From assembly GCA_964384095.1 (NCBI GenBank), contig CAYLKC010000001.1, forward strand, positions 1,106-65,105: a DNA stretch of 64,000 nucleotides, in the 5' to 3' direction. Position 1 is the first letter of the stretch. Each line of letters begins with the position of its first letter. Position numbers and translations under genes: made by a program. Source of the stretch: an uncultured Chromatiales bacterium. GTDB lineage: Bacteria > Pseudomonadota > Gammaproteobacteria > SZUA-140. A model generated the notes under the pieces. It was not told the DNA's origin. It ran no database searches and was given only the letters and a program-made list of their open reading frames with translations. This document shows, one piece after another, positions 1-8,470 of this stretch.

Positions 1-222
1 GAGGAGGCCGACGTCTGGGATATCGCCGACGGCATGCTCGCCGGCGCGATCCAGTACTGGCTGTATTCGCGGGAGCCCTGCGAGAATCCGCGCTGCGAGG
101 ATTGCGCGGAGTTCAGCACCGCTGAGCAGCGGTTGGCCGCGCTGCAACGCCTGGTCAGGGAATATGCCGAGGAGAGCGAGTACTACCACTCGCGCAACGA
201 CGCCAACGTCGGCCGGGCCTGA
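1..222 (+). CDS. 3' end of a gene starting upstream of the window; Cys-rich C-terminus (CENPRCEDC), function unknown
   Basis: Position 1 is in frame with the listed ORF 34..222; open from the window edge to the stop at 222. Confidence 0.4.
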   Translation, partial: EEADVWDIADGMLAGAIQYWLYSREPCENPRCEDCAEFSTAEQRLAALQRLVREYAEESEYYHSRNDANVGRA

Positions 223-230
223 GCGGCCGC

Positions 231-674
231 TCAGGCCTCGCTGTCGTCGCCCCAGTCGTCGTCGGTGACGGCCTCGAATTCGACACCGAGATCGGCGAGG
301 TCGCCGCTGTCATCCGTGGCGCTGCGCTCGTTGACCACCTTCTGCCGTCGCGCCGCCGTCGCAGTTACCACAACCGGTTCGTTGCGCAAGCGGAAGCCGC
401 GCCGCGCCTTGGTGTAGGCGTTCTTCAGCTCCGGGACGACGCCCTCTTCATCGCCGCGCAATTCACGCAGCTTCGCCTTCACGATATCCCGGTTGTAGGT
501 CAGGATCCCGTTACGCCGGAAATTGAACACATACATCGTGTCCGCATTGCCGGTGTCGAGACGTTCGTCGATGACGACCGGCGTGCTCTTGTCGCCGGCT
601 TCCAGATATCCGCACCACAGAAAATTCTTTGGCATCGATGCTCGCCCTTGATCGGAGAACGACCGACCGTTCAC
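231..674 (-). CDS. hypothetical protein with strongly acidic C-terminal tail
   Basis: 147-aa ORF; GTG start at 674 or ATG at 637 (MPKNFLWCGY...); D/E-rich C-terminus; no recognisable family. Confidence 0.45.
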   Translation of the reverse strand: MNGRSFSDQGRASMPKNFLWCGYLEAGDKSTPVVIDERLDTGNADTMYVFNFRRNGILTYNRDIVKAKLRELRGDEEGVVPELKNAYTKARRGFRLRNEPVVVTATAARRQKVVNERSATDDSGDLADLGVEFEAVTDDDWGDDSEA

Positions 675-787
675 CGTGGCGGGAAATATAGGGCGTGTCC
701 GCAGGGAAATGCAATACTCCCGGCGCCCTGTCAGGCCCGTGTAAGATACCCCTGTCGGCCGGGCCGGACAGGGGGCGGGGACGGGTG

Positions 788-1255
788 ATGACGGGACAGG
801 GATCGGGGACGGGGCAATCGACGCCGGTGACGCCGCGGGTCGCGGTCGATATCGTCATCGAGCATGGCGACGAGCGCCGGGTCGTCCTGATCGAGCGGCG
901 TTTCCCGCCGCCGGGCTGGGCCCTGCCGGGGGGATTCGTCGATGTCGGCGAGACCGTCGAGGCCGCGGCGATGCGCGAGGCCCGCGAGGAGACCGCCCTC
1001 GAGGTTACGCTGGTCTGTCTGCTGGGCTGCTATTCCGATCCCGGCCGCGACCCGCGCGGACACACGGTCAGCCTCGTCTATGCCGCCGTCGGCATGGGGA
1101 CGCCCGAGGCCCGCGACGATGCCCGCCGCTTGCGCCTCGTCGACCCCGGCGATCCGGGCGTGGCGCTGGCCTTCGACCACGCGCGCATCCTCGGGGACTA
1201 TTGCCGCTGGCGCGCGACCGGACAGGCGCCGGGCTGGCGGCCCCGGGGCCGCTGA
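788..1255 (+). CDS. NUDIX hydrolase
   Basis: Nudix box GGFVDVGETVEAAAMREAREETAL (GX5EX7REUXEEXGU); in-frame ATG at 788 preferred over 695, which abuts the divergent gene. Confidence 0.8.
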   Translation: MTGQGSGTGQSTPVTPRVAVDIVIEHGDERRVVLIERRFPPPGWALPGGFVDVGETVEAAAMREAREETALEVTLVCLLGCYSDPGRDPRGHTVSLVYAAVGMGTPEARDDARRLRLVDPGDPGVALAFDHARILGDYCRWRATGQAPGWRPRGR

Positions 1256-1323
1256 CGGGGTCACGTTTCCGGTCGCCGCCGCTGTCCGCAGGGCCCGAAT
1301 TTTGCTAATAAATACACTCAGAG

Positions 1324-1920
1324 ATGGAGACGAAGACTCGTAATCGTCGCAGGCCCCGCGGCAGCTGCCTGATGCTGTCGGCGGTCGCGCTGTGGCTGGC
1401 CTCGGCGGCGGCCCTCGCGGCCACCGGCGAGAACTGGATCCTGATCGACAGCCAGACGCGGACGCTATCGGTAATGGGGTCGGGGGTGGGCCGGCCGCAG
1501 GCCGTGCAGGTGTTCGAGAATGTCGCCTTCGGCCGTGGCGGCGTCGCCCCCTTCCGTCGTTCCGGGGACGGCAAGACGCCGACCGGGGAGTTCTACGTCG
1601 CGTGGATCAATCCGGACAGCCGCTATCATCTGTTCTTCGGCCTCGACTATCCGCGCCCGGCGCATGCCGAGGAGGGCTATCGCGCACAGGCAATCGACGT
1701 CGATACCTATGTGCGCATTCGCGAGGCCCATCACCGCGGCCGCCTGCCGCCGCAGGATACCGCGCTCGGCGGCGAGATCGGCATTCACGGGGTCGGCCGC
1801 CATGACCCCGATATCCACCGCCTGTTCAACTGGACGATGGGCTGTGTCGCGCTGACCGACCGTCAGATCGAACAGCTCGCCTCGTGGGTCACGCTGGGGA
1901 TGCGGGTCGTCATCCGCTGA
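1324..1920 (+). CDS. L,D-transpeptidase (YkuD domain), secreted
   Basis: N-terminal signal peptide; catalytic motif IGIHGVG...NWTMGCVAL (His...Ser/Thr-x-Gly-Cys). Confidence 0.8.
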   Translation: METKTRNRRRPRGSCLMLSAVALWLASAAALAATGENWILIDSQTRTLSVMGSGVGRPQAVQVFENVAFGRGGVAPFRRSGDGKTPTGEFYVAWINPDSRYHLFFGLDYPRPAHAEEGYRAQAIDVDTYVRIREAHHRGRLPPQDTALGGEIGIHGVGRHDPDIHRLFNWTMGCVALTDRQIEQLASWVTLGMRVVIR

Positions 1921-1922
1921 CC

Positions 1923-1941
1923 GCGCCCGCCGCGCGGGCGC
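1923..1941. terminator. GC-rich hairpin between convergent genes (possible bidirectional terminator, no U-tract)
   Basis: gcgcccgc / gcgggcgc 8-bp stem with 3-nt loop, directly between stops at 1920 (+) and 1942 (-). Confidence 0.3.
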
Positions 1942-2772
1942 TCAGGCCGAGCGGCGATGATGCCCGGACGGCCAGCCCCCGTTGGCCATCGACATCTCGA
2001 TGACCTCGACCTCGGCCCGCGTCGGCAGGGCCGGTTTCAGCACCTTCTGTGTCGGACGCGTATGCGCCTGTTTGTGCTTGCGCAGGATCTTTTCTCGCGC
2101 GAAGTCATAGGCATCCTGCCCCAGTATCTCCTTCTCGAGCAGGCGGCGATGTTCGACCAGTTCGGCGCCAAGGCGCTGGTAGGGCTTGCGTGGATCCTGC
2201 CGGTGCGCCGCCTGGATATGCTGGATCAGCGTGCGCAGGAAGGTCGAGAACTCGGTGCGTGACGGTGTGTTGTTGCCCAGCTCGAGGAAGATCGCATCGC
2301 CGCTGACGCTGTGGAAGCGCACCAGGTGGCGGGAGCGCAGGAAGAACAGGCCGAGCGTCAGCAGTGATGCGACACCCAGTGAGATCGTGACCGGCAGCCA
2401 CGGCTGCGCCTGCCAGGGGGTCGATGCGAAGACGCTCAGCGCGACCATGAACAGGGTTGCGACCGCGAGGCCGCCGGCGACATACAGCGAACGCCAGTCG
2501 ATGATCGACAGCAGGTGCGGGGTCGGGTCGAGGAAGCCGAGGTCGAGCCAGTAGCGCCGGGCCTTTTTCAGCGGGCGTTTCTGCTGCACCGAGAGGAAAC
2601 GGCCATCGAAGATCGTGTAATGGGCTGCGTGCAGGCGCAGATGGCTGACCTGGAACAGTTCGATCAGCTCGGAGGGCTTCGGCGCCCTTCCCGCGCTCTC
2701 GGTGCCGAGCTGGATCTCGTCGTCGGCGGGCGGCAGGACAGAGTCCTCCGGTGGAATGCGGGTCGTGGTCAT
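1942..2772 (-). CDS. hypothetical integral membrane protein (>=2 TM helices), last gene of the ATP-grasp operon
   Basis: Start trimmed to the ATG (MTTTRIPPED) preceded by GGAGG; hydrophobic segments LAVATLFMVALSVF and ISLGVASLLTLGLFFL; 48 nt downstream of the FGase-like gene. Confidence 0.55.
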   Translation of the reverse strand: MTTTRIPPEDSVLPPADDEIQLGTESAGRAPKPSELIELFQVSHLRLHAAHYTIFDGRFLSVQQKRPLKKARRYWLDLGFLDPTPHLLSIIDWRSLYVAGGLAVATLFMVALSVFASTPWQAQPWLPVTISLGVASLLTLGLFFLRSRHLVRFHSVSGDAIFLELGNNTPSRTEFSTFLRTLIQHIQAAHRQDPRKPYQRLGAELVEHRRLLEKEILGQDAYDFAREKILRKHKQAHTRPTQKVLKPALPTRAEVEVIEMSMANGGWPSGHHRRSA

Positions 2773-2870
2773 CGGGTTACGGCCTCCGGCACGTTCAAGG
2801 GGATGGCTGGATAGTATCGGCACGTGACGCGCCGATTCCGTGACCGGATTGACAATTCGGAGAGGCGGTC

Positions 2871-3584
2871 TCAGCCGCCGGCCAGCGCGCGTACCGTGTC
2901 GCGCAGGCTGGCGGCGAGCAGCGGGTACAGCCGCCGCGCCGCCCCGCGGGCGGACAACAGGCGCTGGTTGAGTTCGAGTTCGACCCCGGCGTAGCGGAGT
3001 GCGGCAAAGCGGGTTCGCAGGTGACGCGTCAGGCCGTCGCTGACGCCGCGATACGGATAATTGCTGCGCACGATGAACTCGCCGCCGTCGCGCAGCGCCT
3101 GCCGCCAGACCCGGCAGGCCAGCTGCTCGAAACGGCGGGAGGGGTCGTAGAGCAGGGCGATATCGGCGCGGCGTTCGACGCCGTCGAGCACCGGCGTGAA
3201 GCTGTGCACGGCGACATGCAGCACGCGATGGCCGCGCGCGAGCCGGTCTGCGATGGCGGCTTCGACGCGTTGGCGGTGCGGGTGGTACCAGCGCGCGAGG
3301 ATGCGCCGGCGATCGGCATCGGGCAGCGCGCGGGTGATGTCCGAGAACAGCGCGGGGTGATGCGGCGAGCGATTCAGGTCGACGAACAGCCGCGAGGTGT
3401 CTGCATACAGCAGTGGCGCGCGCAGCCGTCGCGCCAGCGCGCGCGCGGCGTCCAGCGCGCCGATGTCATGGCCGCGATGGCTGTCGAGGCGGGCGCGCTG
3501 GCCGCGAAACAGCGGTTGCCAGGGCGACGGGATGCGATTGCCGGCGTGTTCGCAGCTCAGTACCAGCGTGACCGGGGCGGCCAT
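2871..3584 (-). CDS. N-formylglutamate amidohydrolase (FGase/HutG-like) family protein
   Basis: LVLSCEHAGNRIP ... LFVDLNRS motifs typical of PF05013; start set to MAAPVTLV (alternative start at 3644). Confidence 0.75.
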   Translation of the reverse strand: MAAPVTLVLSCEHAGNRIPSPWQPLFRGQRARLDSHRGHDIGALDAARALARRLRAPLLYADTSRLFVDLNRSPHHPALFSDITRALPDADRRRILARWYHPHRQRVEAAIADRLARGHRVLHVAVHSFTPVLDGVERRADIALLYDPSRRFEQLACRVWRQALRDGGEFIVRSNYPYRGVSDGLTRHLRTRFAALRYAGVELELNQRLLSARGAARRLYPLLAASLRDTVRALAGG

Positions 3585-3594
3585 CCGTTGGGGC

Positions 3595-4851
3595 TCAGGC
3601 CTCGAACAGCGTGCCGCCGGCAAGGCAGTCGCAGAGGCGGGCATAGACGGCGGCGATGTCCTCGCGCGCAGGCGCCGGGCCGACGGCTTCGGCGATGCGG
3701 CGGGCGAGTACGCCGCGCCGCAGGTAGAGGTTGTAGACCCGTTGCCGTGACGCGTCGGCGCCGGCCGCAGGCAGGGCCTCGATCAGGTGTTGCCAGAGTT
3801 CGCGCGCGCGACAGCGGCCGCGCTCGGGCCAGCCGAACGCGGCGAGGAAATCGCGATCGCCGATCAGGGCCTGGTCGGCATCGCGCACGGCCGCATCGAA
3901 CAGGGCCTCGAGCGACCGCGTGTCCCAGGCCTGCTGGGCGTCGAGTCCGCACCAGGCCTCTTCGGTCAGCGCGCGCACCAGTTCGATGATCAGCGTCGCG
4001 AGGGCGAGATCGGCGGCCGGGCACTCCTGGGTATCGAGTACGCGGATCTCGATCGCATGGCGATCGAAACGGGCGATCGCGCCGCGCGCATTGACCCATT
4101 CGTGGCGCAAAACGCCTTCCGGGTCGTGGGGCGCGAGATCGTCGTAGATGCGCTGCAGCAGGTGCTGCTCGTAGTCGCGACGCGAGTAGACCGGTTCGGG
4201 GATCACCCGGCCGCTGACCGACGGGACCCGGCGCGCGTTGCTGCGGTAGACCGCGAGGCGGTTGTCGAGGATGCCGGTCGGGGCACCATCCATCAGCGGC
4301 GAACTGGCCGCCAGCGCCGGCAGCAAGGGCAGGACGAGGCGGATCGCCGCGTGCAGGCGCGCGAACTCGGCGTCATTCGCGAACGGCAGATTGATGTGCA
4401 TGCTCTGCAGGTTCGACCAGCCATGTCCGCGGCAATCGAAGATACGATTGAAGGCCTCGTAGATCGGGTTCTGCTCGTGCGGCCACAGCCGCGTCTCGGC
4501 GTGCGGGTCCATCCACGGGTGCATCGCGGTCGGCATCAGGCGTCCGTTCTCCGCCGCGAGCAGGGCGTTGATACGGCCGACATCGTGCTGGAATGCGGAC
4601 TCGAGTCCGGCGAGCGCGGGGGCCGGGCCGTTGGTCTTCAGTTCGATGACATGGAGCGCGAGTTCATTCGACCAGGCCAGCGCGCCGGTCTCGATCTCGT
4701 TGACGTAGTCGCCGGCGACAGCCCTGAGCACGCGATCGGTGACCGGCAGTACCGCCAGCCGATCGCGGTCGACGATCATGTATTCGATCTCGATCCCGGT
4801 GACCTCGAACAGGCGCCAGACCGGCGTTTCCTCAGCGTGGCTTGCGCTCAC
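3595..4851 (-). CDS. GCS2-family carboxylate-amine ligase (YbdK / glutamate-cysteine-ligase-like, COG2170)
   Basis: 418 aa; EIEYMIVD start of the GCS2 fold; HINLPF, EIRVLD motifs; 20-nt overlap with the upstream ATP-grasp gene. Confidence 0.8.
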   Translation of the reverse strand: MSASHAEETPVWRLFEVTGIEIEYMIVDRDRLAVLPVTDRVLRAVAGDYVNEIETGALAWSNELALHVIELKTNGPAPALAGLESAFQHDVGRINALLAAENGRLMPTAMHPWMDPHAETRLWPHEQNPIYEAFNRIFDCRGHGWSNLQSMHINLPFANDAEFARLHAAIRLVLPLLPALAASSPLMDGAPTGILDNRLAVYRSNARRVPSVSGRVIPEPVYSRRDYEQHLLQRIYDDLAPHDPEGVLRHEWVNARGAIARFDRHAIEIRVLDTQECPAADLALATLIIELVRALTEEAWCGLDAQQAWDTRSLEALFDAAVRDADQALIGDRDFLAAFGWPERGRCRARELWQHLIEALPAAGADASRQRVYNLYLRRGVLARRIAEAVGPAPAREDIAAVYARLCDCLAGGTLFEA

Positions 4852-6301
4852 CCTTGCGCTCCTCTATGCGGTCAAGGAATCCCTGCATGATCGTCTCGTA
4901 GAGGGCATTGCGGAGCACGCCGTCCTCGGTGCCAGAGTCGATGTTCGGGTTGTCATTGATCTCGATGACATAGGCCTTGTTGTCGATCTCCTTGACGTCG
5001 ACGCCGTAGAGGCCGTCGCCGATCAGGTTGGCGGCCTTCAGAGCGGTCGCGACCACTTGGGGCGGCGCGGCGGCGAGGTCGACTGCCTCGGCGCGCCCCT
5101 CGCGCGGCTTGCCGTCGCCATGATGCTGCACGATCTGCCAGTGCCTGCCGACCATGAAGTACTTGCAGGCGTAGAGCGGCTTTCGGTTGAACACGCCGAT
5201 GCGCCAGTCGAACGCGGTCGGCATGAAGGCCTGGGCGATGATCAGGTCCGATTTTTCCAGCAGGCGCGTGGCCTCGGCGATGAATTGCGCACGGTCGGCG
5301 ACCTTGACGACACCCTGCGAGAAGGCGCTGTCGGGTTGCTTGAGGATGCAGGGCAGGGTGATCGATGAAGACATTGCCTGCAGGTTGCCGCGATTGACGA
5401 TGGTCGTCTGCGGCGCCGGAATACGATGGCGCGCCAGCAGTTCGGCGAGATAGACCTTGTTGGTGCACTTGAGAATCGAATCGGGGTCGTCGATGACGAC
5501 GAGACCCTCCATCTTGGCGCGGCGCGCGAAGCGGTAGGTGTGGTGATTGACGCCGGTGGTCTCGCGAATGAACAGCGCGTCAAACTCGGCGATGCGGCCG
5601 AAATCATTCTTGGTGATCATCTCGACGTAGAAATCGAGCTGCTGTGCCGCGCGTACGAACTTGCGCAGCGCCTTGCCGTCGGACGGCGGCTGGACTTCGG
5701 ACGGATTGTGCAGGATCGCAAGGTCGTAGCGCTCGGTCTGCTGCGTACGTCGCGGCGAGCGCTTGCCGGCAAAATGCTCGGCCGCGGTCTCGATGACGAA
5801 GGGCTTGTGATCCTCGGGGATGTCGTTGGTCGCGATCGGGCCGATGCTCTGCAACTGCCAGTTGCGATTATGGATGAAGCGTGCGCGCAACAGCGGCGCC
5901 GGAAACAGGTTGTAGAGGCTCAGGCTCAGGCGATCGTGCCGGCGGGCGAGGTTGCGTCCGAAGTAGATGCTGAGCACGAACTCCTCGGACTTGATCGGAG
6001 CGAGGCTCTTCTGGATCAGCTCGAAGAGGTCGTCGGAGACGAAGCGGGTGATCGTCTGCGACTTCATGTCCTGGATCGTGTTGACGCTCGGCAGTGGCTT
6101 GTGGCCGCGGGCCTCGGCCAGCAGCGAGACATAGTAGCCGATGCTCTGGTAACGGTATGAGCGCGTCAGGTTGAAGACCTTGGCGCCGCGCATCTCGCTG
6201 AAGCGCGGATCGGACAGGTAGGCCTTGGCGGCGACGACCTCGGCGCCGTGGGTCTGCAGCGGCCAGTCTTCCGGATTATTGACGACGATCAGTATGGGCA
6301 T
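4832..6301 (-). CDS. RimK-like ATP-grasp ligase with N-terminal RimK-like-ATPgrasp-N (RLAN) domain
   Basis: N-terminal ~160 aa alpha/beta domain followed by an ATP-grasp fold (LVVIDDP, ILKQPDSAFSQGV, YGVDVKEIDNKAYVIEIN). Confidence 0.8.
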   Translation of the reverse strand: MPILIVVNNPEDWPLQTHGAEVVAAKAYLSDPRFSEMRGAKVFNLTRSYRYQSIGYYVSLLAEARGHKPLPSVNTIQDMKSQTITRFVSDDLFELIQKSLAPIKSEEFVLSIYFGRNLARRHDRLSLSLYNLFPAPLLRARFIHNRNWQLQSIGPIATNDIPEDHKPFVIETAAEHFAGKRSPRRTQQTERYDLAILHNPSEVQPPSDGKALRKFVRAAQQLDFYVEMITKNDFGRIAEFDALFIRETTGVNHHTYRFARRAKMEGLVVIDDPDSILKCTNKVYLAELLARHRIPAPQTTIVNRGNLQAMSSSITLPCILKQPDSAFSQGVVKVADRAQFIAEATRLLEKSDLIIAQAFMPTAFDWRIGVFNRKPLYACKYFMVGRHWQIVQHHGDGKPREGRAEAVDLAAAPPQVVATALKAANLIGDGLYGVDVKEIDNKAYVIEINDNPNIDSGTEDGVLRNALYETIMQGFLDRIEERKGERKPR

Positions 6302-7055
6302 GACGCCGGGCAGCCGGTTTCCTCGCCGGCTCTATGATCAGCAGGTTTGCATCGTGGGTCAGGATGCCGAGCAGGATCGCACCGATGACGCGATCGATGT
6401 TGATCTCGTAATACTGGCTCGGCGCCATCGGGTTCGGGTGCAGCGGGTCGATCACCAGCACGGTGCGGTCCTGCGGTTCGTAATCGCCAAGGATCACGAA
6501 GTGACCACTCGGCTTGCCGCGGATGTCGTCGTAGACGGAATCCGGCCCGTACTCGCGCTGGCTCTGATACAGATACGTGGCGCTGAGGCCGGTCAGGATC
6601 GGGATGCCGCGCTTCAGATAGCGGCGGACCAGACCGCTGGTCAGTTCCTCGAACTCGATGCTGCCGCCGAGCTCGAGGAATTCGAGGTAGCCGGCGGTGG
6701 CGAGATCGACCGAGGGCTTCTTGCGGAATTTCATCTGCCGGCGCAGGCGGTCGCGCAGATCAATGCCGGAGTCGATCAGGAACCATGACGGATCGAACAT
6801 CTGCAGGTTGTAGGTGTAGATCCTGGCCCGGTAACCGCGCCGCAGCGCGTGGCAGGCAAGGAATACTGCGAGTGTGCCACCGTGATCGAGGCGCTGGATC
6901 TCGTCGATGACCTGCTCGAGCGGCAGTTCATCGTTGAAATAGCGGTACATCGCGTGCAGACAGGTCGGTCCGCAGGTGGTCTCGTCCGGCTGCGGCAAGA
7001 TGTCGATGGCCATCCCGTGTTCCATGCGCGTCCGGGGTCTCTGTTCTGCGTGCAC
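6276..7055 (-). CDS. papain-like / C39-BtrH-like cysteine peptidase-fold protein
   Basis: Putative catalytic Cys in DETTCGPTCLHAMY; downstream His (GHFVILGDY) and Asp (VIDPLHP); GTG start 1 nt after the upstream stop. Confidence 0.5.
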   Translation of the reverse strand: MHAEQRPRTRMEHGMAIDILPQPDETTCGPTCLHAMYRYFNDELPLEQVIDEIQRLDHGGTLAVFLACHALRRGYRARIYTYNLQMFDPSWFLIDSGIDLRDRLRRQMKFRKKPSVDLATAGYLEFLELGGSIEFEELTSGLVRRYLKRGIPILTGLSATYLYQSQREYGPDSVYDDIRGKPSGHFVILGDYEPQDRTVLVIDPLHPNPMAPSQYYEINIDRVIGAILLGILTHDANLLIIEPARKPAARRHAHTDRRQ

Positions 7056-7056
7056 T

Positions 7057-8289
7057 TTATATCAGATTGGCGTACTTGCCGAGATTTTTCCGCAGCAGCA
7101 GTCTCTGCCGCCGCCACGGATCCTCCCAGGCCAGTCCGGGCCGCATCAAGCCGCGGCAAAGCCGCAGCAGGCCGGCGACGTCGTCGAGGCTGACGAATTC
7201 CGGCGCCGGGCCGTCCGGACCGCGGCAGTCGGGTCCGCCCTCGAAGCCCTGGTTGTGATAATTGCCGAGCGGCACCGAGATTCCGATTGCCGGCACGTTC
7301 CAGGCGGTCATCGCCGTGGCCTCGCAGGCGCCGCCGTCCATGATGCGGCGCTGGTGGGCATCCGGCAGCACGCGGGCGGCGACGGCGGTCAGCAGCGCGA
7401 GCGCGCCGGCATCGAATACCGTGCGGCGATCGCCCAGGCGTACCACCGGTCCCTTGCCGATATCGGCGCCGGGCAAGGTGCGCGAGGCCTCGAGACTGAT
7501 CGCGACCACGGGGCGCCTGCGTTGCTGCAGCCAGCCGGTTTCGAGATGGGCAACCGCGCCGACGAAGCCGACCTCTTCGGCGCGGGTCAGCAGGCCGATA
7601 AAGGCGCGATCGCCCCGGGTCGCGCGGCGCCACAGTGCGCACGCGGTCTCGAGGATCGCGAAGACGCCGACCAGGTCATCGGCGGCGGGGCAGTAGAGCC
7701 GGCCGTTGTCCTGCCAGACCGGCGCGTGAAAGTCGAAGCCGCCGAACAGCGTGCGCGCCGGCGGTCGCCGGCGGCCGTCGAACATCCGGGCCGACAGGCG
7801 CAGATCGGCCTCGTCGATGGCGCGGCCGCTGGCATGGAGGCGCACCTTCGAGAGCGTCCCGCTGCCGAGGCAACCGCTGTCATCGGCGATACGCAGGCTG
7901 GCCCCGGCCAGGCGCCGTAGCGGAGAACCGCCGTGCCAACGGATGCGCAGACGGTCGGGCGCCAGCCAGCGCAGGCCGTGAAAACCGGGGTGATCCATGT
8001 GCGCGATGAACAGCCGCAGCGGTTCCCGGGCGCGCCGGCGCAACAGGGCGAGATATTCACGCTTCGATGCCGCGCCGATGACGAGATTGCCCGCGGGGTC
8101 CTCGAAGTACGGTACGCCGGCGTCATCGAGACGTGCGCCGGCCATGCGTGCGATATGTCGTTCACGAAACGGCGCCGTTGGCAGCGACAGCAATGCGGTC
8201 AGGCGCGTGAGCGCGGTAGCGTTCAGGGGGTCACCTGCTGCCAAGTCCCATGCTGGAGCTGAACATGAAATAGTAGAAGTAGAGCGCAA
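7057..8289 (-). CDS. M42-like (M20/M28/M42 clan) metallopeptidase
   Basis: FIAHMDHPGF, DDLVGVFAILE, RAEEVGFVGAV and MDGGACEATAM resemble M42 metal-binding motifs. Confidence 0.55.
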   Translation of the reverse strand: MRSTSTISCSAPAWDLAAGDPLNATALTRLTALLSLPTAPFRERHIARMAGARLDDAGVPYFEDPAGNLVIGAASKREYLALLRRRAREPLRLFIAHMDHPGFHGLRWLAPDRLRIRWHGGSPLRRLAGASLRIADDSGCLGSGTLSKVRLHASGRAIDEADLRLSARMFDGRRRPPARTLFGGFDFHAPVWQDNGRLYCPAADDLVGVFAILETACALWRRATRGDRAFIGLLTRAEEVGFVGAVAHLETGWLQQRRRPVVAISLEASRTLPGADIGKGPVVRLGDRRTVFDAGALALLTAVAARVLPDAHQRRIMDGGACEATAMTAWNVPAIGISVPLGNYHNQGFEGGPDCRGPDGPAPEFVSLDDVAGLLRLCRGLMRPGLAWEDPWRRQRLLLRKNLGKYANLI

Positions 8290-8470
8290 CTGCGATGACG
8301 ATCACTGCGATCAGCGTGATGGTGCCGGCGCGACCACGGCTGCGTCGCGGCGATGCTACGCGTGAATGCCCGGTTGTTTTGTCATTGCGCATGTCCTGTT
8401 CGTCCAGATATATAGCTTGTCAGCAGGCGTTTTGGCCGTAACGCCGGAATTATAGTATAATGAATCGCCT

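Noticed and set aside
3021-6160. Long plus-strand ORFs (3021-3989, 3787-4890, 5426-6160)
   Set aside because: Antisense to the FGase/GCS2/ATP-grasp genes, which have clear domain motifs; low-complexity R/A/G/D-rich translations.
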